64,000 nucleotides of DNA from Bacteroidota bacterium. Lineage in GTDB: Bacteria > Bacteroidota > Bacteroidia > Chitinophagales > Chitinophagaceae. A program made the translations under genes and the position numbers. Under the pieces are notes generated by a model. The model had not been told where the DNA came from. It was given only the letters and a program-made list of their open reading frames with translations, and did no database searches. Location: NCBI GenBank assembly GCA_023391895.1, contig JAEWAC010000157.1:118-64117 (forward strand), in the 5' to 3' direction. Below are positions 29,964 to 39,941 of this stretch, piece after piece; position 1 is the stretch's first letter, and each line of letters begins with the position of its first letter.

Positions 29964-31508
29964 CTACTTGAATGCAATTTTATTTAATAACTCACGACAT
30001 TTTCCAATTTCATTTCCAATGTATGATATATGGTTGTCAGGACGCAAAAGGACATAAAAATCAGCTTCTTTCCCAAATAAGGCTTTTGGAATTTCCTGGA
30101 AGTTGAGCGTTGTTAGTGTGATTGAGGTAACACCAATCTCATGGAACTGGCTTTTATCTTTATGTCCGAAGAACAATAATTTAAAAACAGGAGCTGTTAA
30201 ATAACTGAATATTTGTGTTCCGTCCGAAAAAATAAAATAATGCATCCGGTCACCGGCTTTTACTTTTCCTACTGAACTTTTTATGGTGAGATCGCTGTTA
30301 GGATAGGCAATTCCAATTTGGGAGAGCAAAGGGAAAATCTGTTGTTTTATGAATTCTTTTTTTGTCATCCACTGTAGCAATAATGGAAAGAAGTTCAGCC
30401 GTAAAAAATTCCAGAAAGGGTTAATACCTGACATAATATCAAACATCCTATCTGTTGTCCGCAGCAGCCGTTTGGCATTTTCAGAACGCTCCGTGTCGTA
30501 AGTCTTTAACACATCGGCTTTCATCTCCCCCCTTAGTACATAAGCTATTTTCCATGCTAAATTATAGGTATCCTGTATGCCTGTATTCATGCCTTGCCCG
30601 CCTGCAGGTGTATGGATATGCGCCGCATCTCCCGCAATAAAACAGCGCCCCTGTATAAAGGCATTTGATTTACGGCTATGTACTTTATAGGTAGAAAACC
30701 ACTGTAACGCTTCAAATTCAACAGGCGACGCAACAGACGCTCTAATCTTTTGTTCAACGTCAGCAAACTCGAACTGATGGTCAAAGTCTTTCACCTCCGG
30801 TAAAATGCCTACGATTCGGTAATGACCCACACCTTCCATGGGAAAGAAAAGCACAAAGCCCTTCTTTATCATGTACATATACACCTCATCTTTGTTGATG
30901 ACAGGGCTTTTCAAAATAACATCAGCTACATAAAACAGTTTTGGCTCTGTGGTGCCTTCAAAGGACAAGCCAAGCTGATGCCTTACCTTACTACCGGCAC
31001 CATCACATCCCACTAAATAGGCTGCTTGGATTTTTTGCACTGGTTGGCCACTCTTTTTGCAAGATACTGTTACAGCCTGCTCATTTTGTTCTAATTGAAT
31101 AAGTTCTGTATTCCATTCTATGCTTTCTCCGTGTTCAGCAAGATAAGCGGCCAAAAGCTTTTCCGTTTTACTTTGTTCAAAAGAAAGAGCAAACGGAAAG
31201 GGGCTCAAGCCTTCACCCAACCCATTAATGTTTATTGCCGTTACTTTCTTCCCCTTATTGAATAAGTTCAAAGCTGTAGTTACCCTACCTCCTTCTATGG
31301 CATTTTCAGCTATTCCAAGTTCTTGAAAAATTTCAAGGGTTCTCGCCTGCACAACAATAGCTTTAGAAAGGGTTGTAGCCTCAGCATTCTTTTCAAGAAT
31401 CACAAAATCAATATTCAGCCTTAGGAGTTGCGCAGCCATGCTTAAGCCCGTTGGTCCAGCACCAATAATGATAACCTGTGTTTTTATAAAACCACCGGAA
31501 TTGTCCAT
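29964..31508 (-). CDS. FAD-dependent monooxygenase (FAD_binding_3 family)
   Basis: GAGPTGL, VGCDGAGSKVR, IAGDAAHIHTPAGGQGMNTGIQD, NLAWK. Confidence 0.92.
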   Translation of the reverse strand: MDNSGGFIKTQVIIIGAGPTGLSMAAQLLRLNIDFVILEKNAEATTLSKAIVVQARTLEIFQELGIAENAIEGGRVTTALNLFNKGKKVTAININGLGEGLSPFPFALSFEQSKTEKLLAAYLAEHGESIEWNTELIQLEQNEQAVTVSCKKSGQPVQKIQAAYLVGCDGAGSKVRHQLGLSFEGTTEPKLFYVADVILKSPVINKDEVYMYMIKKGFVLFFPMEGVGHYRIVGILPEVKDFDHQFEFADVEQKIRASVASPVEFEALQWFSTYKVHSRKSNAFIQGRCFIAGDAAHIHTPAGGQGMNTGIQDTYNLAWKIAYVLRGEMKADVLKTYDTERSENAKRLLRTTDRMFDIMSGINPFWNFLRLNFFPLLLQWMTKKEFIKQQIFPLLSQIGIAYPNSDLTIKSSVGKVKAGDRMHYFIFSDGTQIFSYLTAPVFKLLFFGHKDKSQFHEIGVTSITLTTLNFQEIPKALFGKEADFYVLLRPDNHISYIGNEIGKCRELLNKIAFK

Positions 31509-31893
31509 CGTTATTTATTGTAATGCCTGAGGCTTTTATCGGATAACGCACTACGACCAACGTATTACTGTCAATGATGGAATTTTATTACTTTATAGCT
31601 CTACTAAGTTACAAAAGCTAAATAGAATTGTCCATTGCCATTAAACGCTATACTTGTCACAAACCTCAACAACTACCGCTTGCATAAAAATGGCATCTCC
31701 TAAGAAGCAAGGAAAGCAAAATAATTCCGACGAGCCTCCCCTACTTTCGAGTATCTGAACGGGTGCCAAAGGAGAATTTCTACCACCGGCTTTATGCTGT
31801 AAATTGTCCATTTAAATTAATGATGCTGGTTTCGAACATTGAGTGAGTGGCATTTCGTCAATAGTGGTTGCCTGTTTTAAAATTAGATTTAAT

Positions 31894-32439
31894 TTACGAT
31901 TGATGGGCTGCATTATTTTGCAGTTCACTAAACTGTTGCTTTGTAAGCCTATATTGAAGAACAATTTTACTTGTACCAAATTCTTTTAGCCCGTTGTTCA
32001 GGAGTACTCTTTGGGATGCTTTATTCTCTGCATGGCATTCGGCAAATATCATTGCAAGGTTCAACTTTTCAAATCCAAACCTTAGAATTGCCGCGGTGGC
32101 TTCAGTGGCAATTCCTTTCCCCCAAAAAGGCTCTGCCACCCAGTAACCTAACTGGGCAATATCATTTTGATTATTTAAATGCAGGCCTATTTCACCTATG
32201 AGTTCTTTACTTTCCTGGAAAGTAATGGTAAAAACATAACGCACTTTGTTTTTGAATCCTTGAACAACATAGCTTATCCTAAAAACTGCATCAGGCTCAC
32301 TATAAGGATAAGGAATGTTCAAAACATAGTCAGAAATCTTCTTATTGTTAGCGTATTTTACCAAAAAAGGGATATCCTCAATTGTGATTTTCCTGAGCTT
32401 CAGTCTACTGGTGTTTAGTTCTGGGAAAATGTCTATCAT
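31894..32439 (-). CDS. RimJ/RimL-type GNAT acetyltransferase
   Basis: TSRLKLR, LGYWV...WGKGIATEA, NKASQRVL. Confidence 0.9.
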   Translation of the reverse strand: MIDIFPELNTSRLKLRKITIEDIPFLVKYANNKKISDYVLNIPYPYSEPDAVFRISYVVQGFKNKVRYVFTITFQESKELIGEIGLHLNNQNDIAQLGYWVAEPFWGKGIATEATAAILRFGFEKLNLAMIFAECHAENKASQRVLLNNGLKEFGTSKIVLQYRLTKQQFSELQNNAAHQS

Positions 32440-32600
32440 CAAGATTGGATGTATTGATACATACTGCCCACAACAGCAAACAGAGTAATATGTGTGTTAT
32501 CAATCATTTGGAGATACATAAATCTTATACGCTTTTACCTTAGCCAACTCCCTTCTTTACAAAAGTACCCTTTTTTGTACCGCCAGAGGACTGACATAGC

Positions 32601-33412
32601 CAGGGCAAACGCATCTTAATTTTTTTGGGGTGAGTAGTTGGCGGACCTAGTTGTTGTCCCAGCCGGCTTTGTGTCGTTTGTTTTTCATGGAGCGTTTAGC
32701 TGTTTTCTCTGCTTTGAGCAGGTTGAGCGCGATTGCGGGTAATGAGACAACGTTTTCCCCCGCATGGCCAGCACGTTTCGGGCTTTGATCTTCATGAAAG
32801 ACCACATCCAACGTCCAGGGCAGGTGGCTTTCAATGCCCCAATGGCTACAAATAGGGTGATTGAAACTGGCCGCATCCGCTGAGAGGCTGCTGGTGTAGT
32901 CGCGGAGGGCTGCTTGCCTTTCACTGCCAGGATGAAATCGGCTCCCTGTTCAACGATTACTTGGGCGCCTTCCCGCTGGCAGCCCAGAGCATCCGGGGTG
33001 ACCATGCCGCCCTTTAACGCCAGTACTTTTAAGAGGAAAGGCATGGCGCTAATCGCAATTGGTTTTCGCCTCTACTTTCACCGCCGCCAGCAGCAGCCCA
33101 TTGGCCTTACTCCCGGCACCCAGCAGGGAAAACACCCGGTTGAAAGTACCGGGAATACCAGCCGGTAGTTCCAGGTACTGTCTGAGCCACGCTTCTTTCG
33201 TCTCCCCATAGCGCTCCATTTCGTTCCAGTCATCACAGCCACTCCAAACCGCCGCCATGGTGATAAACAAAATAGCAGAGAACTGATGCCGTCTCTTTCG
33301 CTCCACCCACGGGTCAACCAGCGCCTCAAAATGCGCAAAGAAACTGGACATAACGCCTTTTCAACACAGCCATTGCCTTTTTCCCAATCAAATTTTAGAT
33401 GCGTTTGCCCTG
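32601..33412 (-). mobile_element. ISAs1 family element, internally deleted and frameshifted
   Basis: Perfect terminal inverted repeats CAGGGCAAACGCATCT; transposase fragments GCDDWNEMERYG, DALGCQRE, DFILAVKG; only 812 bp. Confidence 0.88.
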
Positions 33413-33836
33413 GGAATTAAACTCTTCTTATTGTATATATCATAAACAAACGTTATCGTTTCCAGCAATGGGGCTACACTTGGAATAACATATTACTTGC
33501 GCCAGTTCAGCGATAGCATCAATATCCAAGTGATGATCTGCACAATAAACAAAGCAGTTCAGCATGATATCATCAGAATAAGTCATTTCTACCTTGCAGA
33601 AAACAGCTGCACCATTTTGATCAACCAAAAAGGTCAGGTCATCTTCCGGAGCAAAGCTACCCCGCGTCCTTATTTACAGGTCAGCAAAAAAGTCAATTAT
33701 ACTGTCTACACTGTCGGCTACATATCATTTCATAACAGTACTTTAAAAGGAAAGGATAATTTTTACCCGCCCTTAATTTTGACTAGATCCGATTTGTCTA
33801 TTTAATTGTAATCCCATCCATTTTTATGAGCCATTG

Positions 33837-36416
33837 CTATCGGCCCGTGCCCGCATTGATCAGTCTGCCAAAAAACAGGCTGTTTGCCAGCAACTTGTTG
33901 GTGCCGTACCAAAACGCCCTGAAGTTGGTATCATCGGTAAAGGCGATGATCCGGCCATTGCCCACGGTCTTTACGGCAACCGCAGGTGCTTTACTTAATA
34001 GCGCCGGGAAATTTTTAGGCAGGTAGCCGGAAAGTAAGGGGTGGGCTGAGAATTTTGCAGGGTAATTATATTTGCCTAAAGCAGAATCCTTAATCACCAG
34101 TTCGGTGCTTTTCCAGTAAGGAATCGTGCTTTTAGCGTAACCATAAAATAAGGGATGGGTGAGATCTGCGGTTATTTCAACGATAGATCCAGGGATGCCT
34201 GCGGCTCTTTGGGATAATACATAATCCTGGTAAACACCACTACCCTCAGACTTTTGTTTGGCATAATCCAATTTCAGCAAGCCTGCTTTATCCAAGAAAT
34301 TTAAGGCCCTTTCATATCCCACAATTACGCCACCCCCTTCAACCCAGGCTTTTAATTTGGGAATAAAAGTTTCCGGCAGGCTGCTGTAATCGCCATCCAC
34401 CAATACAAGCGTATTATATCTTGAAATATCTGCACCGGCCACTGTTTCAACCGGGATAATCGCACCGGGAATCTTATAACGCTGATCCAGCAGGTGCCAC
34501 AACTGGCCGACACTAACACCATCCATTCTTCCGCCACCCAAAATACATACGGACGGTTTTTGAACCCGCTGAAATGTGTTGCTACCCAGGTGGGTTCCTT
34601 CCACCGTACTGCCGGAGTGGATCGCATAAAAAGTTACGCCCATGGACTCCGCGGCAATCTTTTTCAGTAAGTCATACAAGTCTTCAGGGTGGATAGTTTG
34701 ATTGGCCACCGAAATTAAAATAGTGCCTCTTGTGAAAGCGGGACCACCAGGAATCGTAAATGGCTTGCTGGCTGCTTTTGCAATTACACCCTTCTCCATG
34801 AGCGCATATAGGGCTTTTGGTGCATAATAACTACCCCAATCAAATGCATAGGCATACTGGCTTATGCCTCCTTCCACTTTACCGGAAGGCACATGATTGA
34901 GCTCAAACAATGGGCCCAAGAGCGATTTGTTATAGGTTGCTGCATTCAGTTGTTCCAAGTCCTGGTTAAAAGCCAGCGGAAAGGTCCAACCGGAAATATC
35001 ATAAAATAAACTATCCTTGAATGAAGTTCGTTTTTCAAAAATGGACTGGATTAAACGGTACTGCGGTTGTGCCAATGGAACGATGTAGGAAGCGTTACTT
35101 TGGAAGCGCTGATGATTGATTACTTTATCCTCTTTCAATCGGTATACATTGACACCATGTCTGTGCAATACTTCCGCCAGGTGATAGGTACTGGCTTTAT
35201 CATAAGCAGAACCAAAAACAAAAGCTTTAACCGCATCTTTACCGGCCTCTGCTAATGCCGTTTCATAATATTTTCTTTGGTATGCCAGCAGCTCTTTTCG
35301 CAAAGCCACTCCTGCCTTAATCGTAGATAGTGAGCCCGTAAATTGATTCCGCACACCTTGCGGAAATGTAACTACTCCGTTATCAGATTGCTGTGCATAC
35401 CCTCTAGACGAAGCCTGCTCGAATAACATGGCCACGCCACCATTAAAATCTACATACGTAGGTCCGCGGCCATTATAATAATCATCATAGCCTTCCTTTG
35501 ATGTATATAAGGTGCCTATCGCATCAAAGCCCCTGGCATGATATACAGCAATCTTTTCGGTTAGCTCCTGGTTTTCTGCCGGGATCAGTGGATGCACGCG
35601 GTTCGGTTCACCTGGTGAGAAATGAAAAGTGGCGTTGGTGCCTTGTTCGTGCAGGTCAATAAAAATATTAGGCTTCCACTCCTGTAATTTGGCAATCCGC
35701 GCCTGCGATTCCGGTTGCTGCAAGGGCAGCCAGTCCCGGTTCAAGTCAAACCAGTAATGATTGGTTCGGCCACCAGGCCAGGCTTCTGCGTGTTCCCGGG
35801 TTTGGGGGTCATCATTGAAAGTGGACCAGCGGTGCGCATTCACCCAAGTAGAAAAGCGCTGTAATCCATCGGGATTCTCGCTCGGGTCGATAAAGATAAC
35901 AGCGTCCTTCAACCACTTTTCGATTTCCGGGCCCTGGGCTGCTGCCAGGTGGTAAATCGTCAGCAAAGCACTGTTGCTGCCACTGGCTTCATTGCCATGG
36001 ATACTATGTCCCAGCCAAATAAAGACGGGTTGCTTGTCAATGTCTACGGAAGCAGCAGTTGCAGGATCCACCAATTTCTGGTGCGCAGCTTTTATTTCTG
36101 CCAGCCTTTTTTGATTTTCTTCAGAAGTAATAATTAATAGAGACAATGGCCTCCCTTCATGCGTTTTACCAAATACTTCAAAATGGATACGGGGGGATTG
36201 CTCGGCAATACTTTTAGCATAATAAAACAATTGGTCATGACTCACATGCTTTTCTCCCGGAACATATCCCAGTAACGTTTCCGGGGTTGGAATTTTGGGA
36301 TTATAAGAAACGGAACTGGAAAGATAATAGGATGATAAGGTTTGTGCCTGAACACGGCGAAGCCCTCCGTTCAAAAACAAAAAGAATATTAAAAAAAGTA
36401 GGTTGATTGTTCTCAT
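33837..36416 (-). CDS. Secreted M14 family zinc carboxypeptidase with C-terminal GATase-like domain
   Basis: Signal peptide, SIHGNE zinc motif, NPDG, FDLNRDW, DLHE, LFEQ. Confidence 0.9.
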   Translation of the reverse strand: MRTINLLFLIFFLFLNGGLRRVQAQTLSSYYLSSSVSYNPKIPTPETLLGYVPGEKHVSHDQLFYYAKSIAEQSPRIHFEVFGKTHEGRPLSLLIITSEENQKRLAEIKAAHQKLVDPATAASVDIDKQPVFIWLGHSIHGNEASGSNSALLTIYHLAAAQGPEIEKWLKDAVIFIDPSENPDGLQRFSTWVNAHRWSTFNDDPQTREHAEAWPGGRTNHYWFDLNRDWLPLQQPESQARIAKLQEWKPNIFIDLHEQGTNATFHFSPGEPNRVHPLIPAENQELTEKIAVYHARGFDAIGTLYTSKEGYDDYYNGRGPTYVDFNGGVAMLFEQASSRGYAQQSDNGVVTFPQGVRNQFTGSLSTIKAGVALRKELLAYQRKYYETALAEAGKDAVKAFVFGSAYDKASTYHLAEVLHRHGVNVYRLKEDKVINHQRFQSNASYIVPLAQPQYRLIQSIFEKRTSFKDSLFYDISGWTFPLAFNQDLEQLNAATYNKSLLGPLFELNHVPSGKVEGGISQYAYAFDWGSYYAPKALYALMEKGVIAKAASKPFTIPGGPAFTRGTILISVANQTIHPEDLYDLLKKIAAESMGVTFYAIHSGSTVEGTHLGSNTFQRVQKPSVCILGGGRMDGVSVGQLWHLLDQRYKIPGAIIPVETVAGADISRYNTLVLVDGDYSSLPETFIPKLKAWVEGGGVIVGYERALNFLDKAGLLKLDYAKQKSEGSGVYQDYVLSQRAAGIPGSIVEITADLTHPLFYGYAKSTIPYWKSTELVIKDSALGKYNYPAKFSAHPLLSGYLPKNFPALLSKAPAVAVKTVGNGRIIAFTDDTNFRAFWYGTNKLLANSLFFGRLINAGTGR

Positions 36417-36423
36417 GTAATGG

Positions 36424-37641
36424 CTATTTTAAAGAAGTAACATTTTCAAGGTATTTATAACCGCTGCCGGTATTCAGTAACAAGACTTTTTCGCCTGGCT
36501 GAATCCATTTCTGAGCTTTTAATTTTTTGAAGGCCTGCCAGAGCGCAGCGCCTTCCGGTGCTACCAGCAGGCCCTCCTGCCGGGCTATTTCTTTTACTGC
36601 AGCGATCATTTCCTCATCGGTTATGCTGATGGCCGTGCCGCTACTTTCGTATAAAACATTTAAAATGATTTTATCGGCATAAGGTTTTGGTACCCGCAGG
36701 CCGTTGGCAATGGTAAACCCGGCATCCTGGTAAGTGGCGCTGGCCTGGTGCAGGTGAAAGGCTTTTGCAATACCATCACAGCAACTGGATTGTACCGCTA
36801 CCATGCGGGGTCTTTTTCTTCCAATCCAACCCAGCCGCTCCAGTTCCTCAAAGGCTTTCCAGATGCCAATCAGCCCGGTGCCGCCACCAGTTGGGTAAAA
36901 AATAACATCCGGCAATTCCCAGTTAGATTGTTCCGCAATTTCATAGCCCATTGTTTTTTTACCTTCCAGGCGATAAGGTTCCTTTAACGTGGAGAGCTCG
37001 AACCACCCCTGCTGAACGGCTTTCCCATATGCCAGCCTGCCGCAGTCACTGATATTACCCTCCACTTCTATCAAAGAGGCACCGTATAGCCTTACTTCAT
37101 CCTTAAATAACTGGGGCGTCAGTTTGGGCATAAAGACATGGGCATTGATACCGGCTCTGGCGGCATAAGCGGCCAGAGCACCACCCGCATTTCCAGCCGT
37201 AGGTATTACAATGTCTTTGATACCCAGCTCTTTTGCTTTAGAAATAGCAGTACTAATACCCCTGGCCTTAAAAGAACCGGTAGGATTTCCAGACTCGTCT
37301 TTCCAGGTTATTGTATTTTCCGGTGCATATTTTTTTAAATTTTCTAATGCCAGTATTGGCGTAAAACCTTCTCCCAAAGAAACAATGTGCTGCGGATTAA
37401 TTACCGGCAGAAACTCCTGGTAGCGCCACATGTTGGCGGGTCTTCCTTCCAGCAAGTCCGTTGATAGGTTGAAGGAGAGATGGTATTCTCCAAAGAGGGA
37501 AGATTGACAGGCAGGTACCTGACATATCGTTTGTACAGCATCTGCTTCGTACACTTCACCGCATAGCGGGCAAACCAAATGGGACAATAAAGAACTTCCT
37601 TCTAAGACCACCCGGCCCGCATGATAATCTACTCTCAACAT
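36424..37641 (-). CDS. Threonine synthase-like PLP enzyme (fold type II) with N-terminal Cys cluster
   Basis: CPLC..C..C, SLGEGFTP, NPTGSFKARG (PLP Lys), PTAGNAG, EGKKT, YPTGGGTG, NTGSGYKY; start at 37641. Confidence 0.88.
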   Translation of the reverse strand: MLRVDYHAGRVVLEGSSLLSHLVCPLCGEVYEADAVQTICQVPACQSSLFGEYHLSFNLSTDLLEGRPANMWRYQEFLPVINPQHIVSLGEGFTPILALENLKKYAPENTITWKDESGNPTGSFKARGISTAISKAKELGIKDIVIPTAGNAGGALAAYAARAGINAHVFMPKLTPQLFKDEVRLYGASLIEVEGNISDCGRLAYGKAVQQGWFELSTLKEPYRLEGKKTMGYEIAEQSNWELPDVIFYPTGGGTGLIGIWKAFEELERLGWIGRKRPRMVAVQSSCCDGIAKAFHLHQASATYQDAGFTIANGLRVPKPYADKIILNVLYESSGTAISITDEEMIAAVKEIARQEGLLVAPEGAALWQAFKKLKAQKWIQPGEKVLLLNTGSGYKYLENVTSLK

Positions 37642-37666
37642 AATGGTGTTTTTAAAATAAATCAAT

Positions 37667-38572
37667 TTATAGACCTGTACTGGCTGTTGGATTGTTATTG
37701 GCTGGACGGCTAGCAATCACCTTCCGTTCCTTCATATCATATTGCTGCCCTTTACCCAGGAAAAAGAAAGGTCCTGAAGTGCCATAATCCCCTGCCGGCG
37801 TTTTGATAGTGCCGGACAAGCGTTGGTGATCATATACCGCTACATAGGAAGTACCCAGTACCTGGAATACATTGCCTTGTACCAGGATGGCCGTGCTTTC
37901 ATCAATACCGATGCCCAATAATTCAGGATGTTGTTTAACTACTTCCAATAAATCAAACTGTCGGTTGCGGCGCAGGAGGTGCTGATCGATGGTAACACCC
38001 CGAACAAAGCCTAACCCTTTCGTATGATCGCCAATCAAAGTAGTATTACCCCTGGTATCACCGCGCAACAGGAAATCCGCTTGTATGCTGGCACCGGCTG
38101 ACGTTCCGCCGATAATGCCGCCACGGTCCAAAAGGGCTTTAAATTCCTGGTGAGCCCTGGTATTCAGAAAGGCATCTGCAATCTTCCACTGACGGCCGCC
38201 ATCAAACCATACTGCAGTTGCTTTTTTTAAAGGGGCTATAAAACTTTCTTTATCCGCTTCTTTCGGATCACGGGTATGAAGTAAGGTTACATGTTGCACG
38301 CCCAGTTCTTTCAATTTTTTTACCGTGCGATCACCATTTTTGGCAATGGATGAATCTTCACCCGCTGTAGGTATCACAACAATCCTGGCTCTTTCCTTAC
38401 CGCCCGCTCTTTTTATAAACGTTTCCCATAGGTCCTCTCCAACCGGCCCACCGCCTACAATCAACAGTGATCCGTTGTCAGGACCTAAGGTTTTTATATC
38501 CTCTTTTAATTGTGCCTGTACAGCACTATTCCATAATAAATAAGTAGCCAGTATCCACAACAGTTTTTTCAT
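37667..38572 (-). CDS. Secreted cyanophycinase-like S51 serine peptidase
   Basis: Signal peptide AVQA|Q; IVGGG, VIPTA, GGRQ, and triad motifs GTSAGA (Ser), IDQH (His), GIDE (Glu); start at MKKLL. Confidence 0.9.
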   Translation of the reverse strand: MKKLLWILATYLLWNSAVQAQLKEDIKTLGPDNGSLLIVGGGPVGEDLWETFIKRAGGKERARIVVIPTAGEDSSIAKNGDRTVKKLKELGVQHVTLLHTRDPKEADKESFIAPLKKATAVWFDGGRQWKIADAFLNTRAHQEFKALLDRGGIIGGTSAGASIQADFLLRGDTRGNTTLIGDHTKGLGFVRGVTIDQHLLRRNRQFDLLEVVKQHPELLGIGIDESTAILVQGNVFQVLGTSYVAVYDHQRLSGTIKTPAGDYGTSGPFFFLGKGQQYDMKERKVIASRPANNNPTASTGL

Positions 38573-38588
38573 GTTTTTATTTTTGTCT

Positions 38589-39923
38589 TTAATAACCGGG
38601 GTTTTGAGTAAGTGCTCCATCAGCCGCTATTTCATCGGAAGGGATGGGAAAAAGAAATTTATTGGTATCCGTGATCCCAAGGACTGCAGCAGCCCTTCCC
38701 GTACGTACCAGATCAAACCAGCGGTCGGATTCAAAGGGAAATTCCAACCGTCTTTCTTGTTCAATGGCGCGTAAAATGGCTTCTTGATCCGTTGTATACA
38801 GTGGTGTTATACCGGCCCTGTCACGAATAGCATTGAGGTCCTGTAAAGCTTCTGCCAATTTACCTTGCTGTGCCCTTGCCTCTGCACGGATAAGGTATAA
38901 TTCTGCAATCCGTATAACGTAGGAAGGGTCGGTACCTTTTGGACTGCGGTAATACAAATTACCAAAATAAAGGCCGGTTGGTGTTTTATCAATCAACACG
39001 TTTCTATTGCCGCCCTTCAATGGATCATTTAATAGCGCCACCAGTTCATCCGAGGGTGCCCACTCCCTTCTTCCGGATTTGGCCGGTGGCAGCCATTGAT
39101 TACTATGGTTGTTGGTGAACGACGCACTATAGGTAAGTTCAAAAACAGATTCTTCGGTGCCTTTTGCATTATTCAGGAAAAAACTGCCATAAGGCTTGGC
39201 CAGCCTATAGGCCCCATCCTTAATCAGCCTGGAGGCATACACTTCAGCGGAATCCCACTCTTGGCGATATAAATGGTATCGGGACCTTAAAGCATAGGCC
39301 GTTTTCTTAGTTGCCCGAAACCGGTTGGTGCCTTCCGGCAATAAGCCTTCTGCTGTTACCAGGTCTTTTAATACCTGTGCATAAGTTTCCCCCTCGCTGC
39401 TGCGGCTGATGCCTTTCTGGTCAGCAGCGGTTTTGGTGGGTGTCAGTACCAGTTGCACGCCCCCCCAGGCACGTACCAGGTCGAAATAAGAAAGGGCTCG
39501 GATAAAATGGGCTTCTCCTATCAACTGGTCTCTTTTTGATTTAGCAAATAAGGAATCGCCCACAAGGGGCACTTTTTCAATGATCTGATTAGCGGATAAA
39601 ATGGTACGGTAAATAGCCACCCATGCTGATCGTACGGTACTGTTATCCGCTGTGATGTCATGGCTATTGAACTGTGCCAGCCCTGAGGCAGAACCGGACC
39701 ATTTGACATCGCCTCCCGGTAAATAGGCCAGCGAAGGATAATTGGATCCATAATAACCATCACTAGCCAGCCGACTGTATAAACCAGTTACGGCGGTTTC
39801 AGCCGTACTGGTATTAATAATGGCGATAGATTCATCCACCTGCAGTTCCGGCTGTACCTCCAAAAACTTTTCGCAGGAAGTCAAAAGAAATAAAAGGGGT
39901 ATTGTTAATTTGAAATACTTCAT
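38589..39923 (-). CDS. susD: SusD/RagB family lipoprotein
   Basis: Lipobox LTSC, EAHFIRALSYFDLVR, RIAELYLIRAEA, ERRLEFPFESDRWFDLVR, QNPGY. Confidence 0.95.
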   Translation of the reverse strand: MKYFKLTIPLLFLLTSCEKFLEVQPELQVDESIAIINTSTAETAVTGLYSRLASDGYYGSNYPSLAYLPGGDVKWSGSASGLAQFNSHDITADNSTVRSAWVAIYRTILSANQIIEKVPLVGDSLFAKSKRDQLIGEAHFIRALSYFDLVRAWGGVQLVLTPTKTAADQKGISRSSEGETYAQVLKDLVTAEGLLPEGTNRFRATKKTAYALRSRYHLYRQEWDSAEVYASRLIKDGAYRLAKPYGSFFLNNAKGTEESVFELTYSASFTNNHSNQWLPPAKSGRREWAPSDELVALLNDPLKGGNRNVLIDKTPTGLYFGNLYYRSPKGTDPSYVIRIAELYLIRAEARAQQGKLAEALQDLNAIRDRAGITPLYTTDQEAILRAIEQERRLEFPFESDRWFDLVRTGRAAAVLGITDTNKFLFPIPSDEIAADGALTQNPGY

Positions 39924-39941
39924 AGTTGTTCATTCAAAAGA

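Noticed and set aside
31890..32475. GTTGTGGGCA upstream of the RimJ-like gene as an integron attC-like core site
   Set aside because: No complete attC hairpin, no repetition at neighbouring genes and no integrase in the window.
37667..38572. Cyanophycin metabolism as the purpose of the locus
   Set aside because: No cphA or isoaspartyl dipeptidase nearby and the other clues point to sulfur; not excluded, kept as the refuting alternative.
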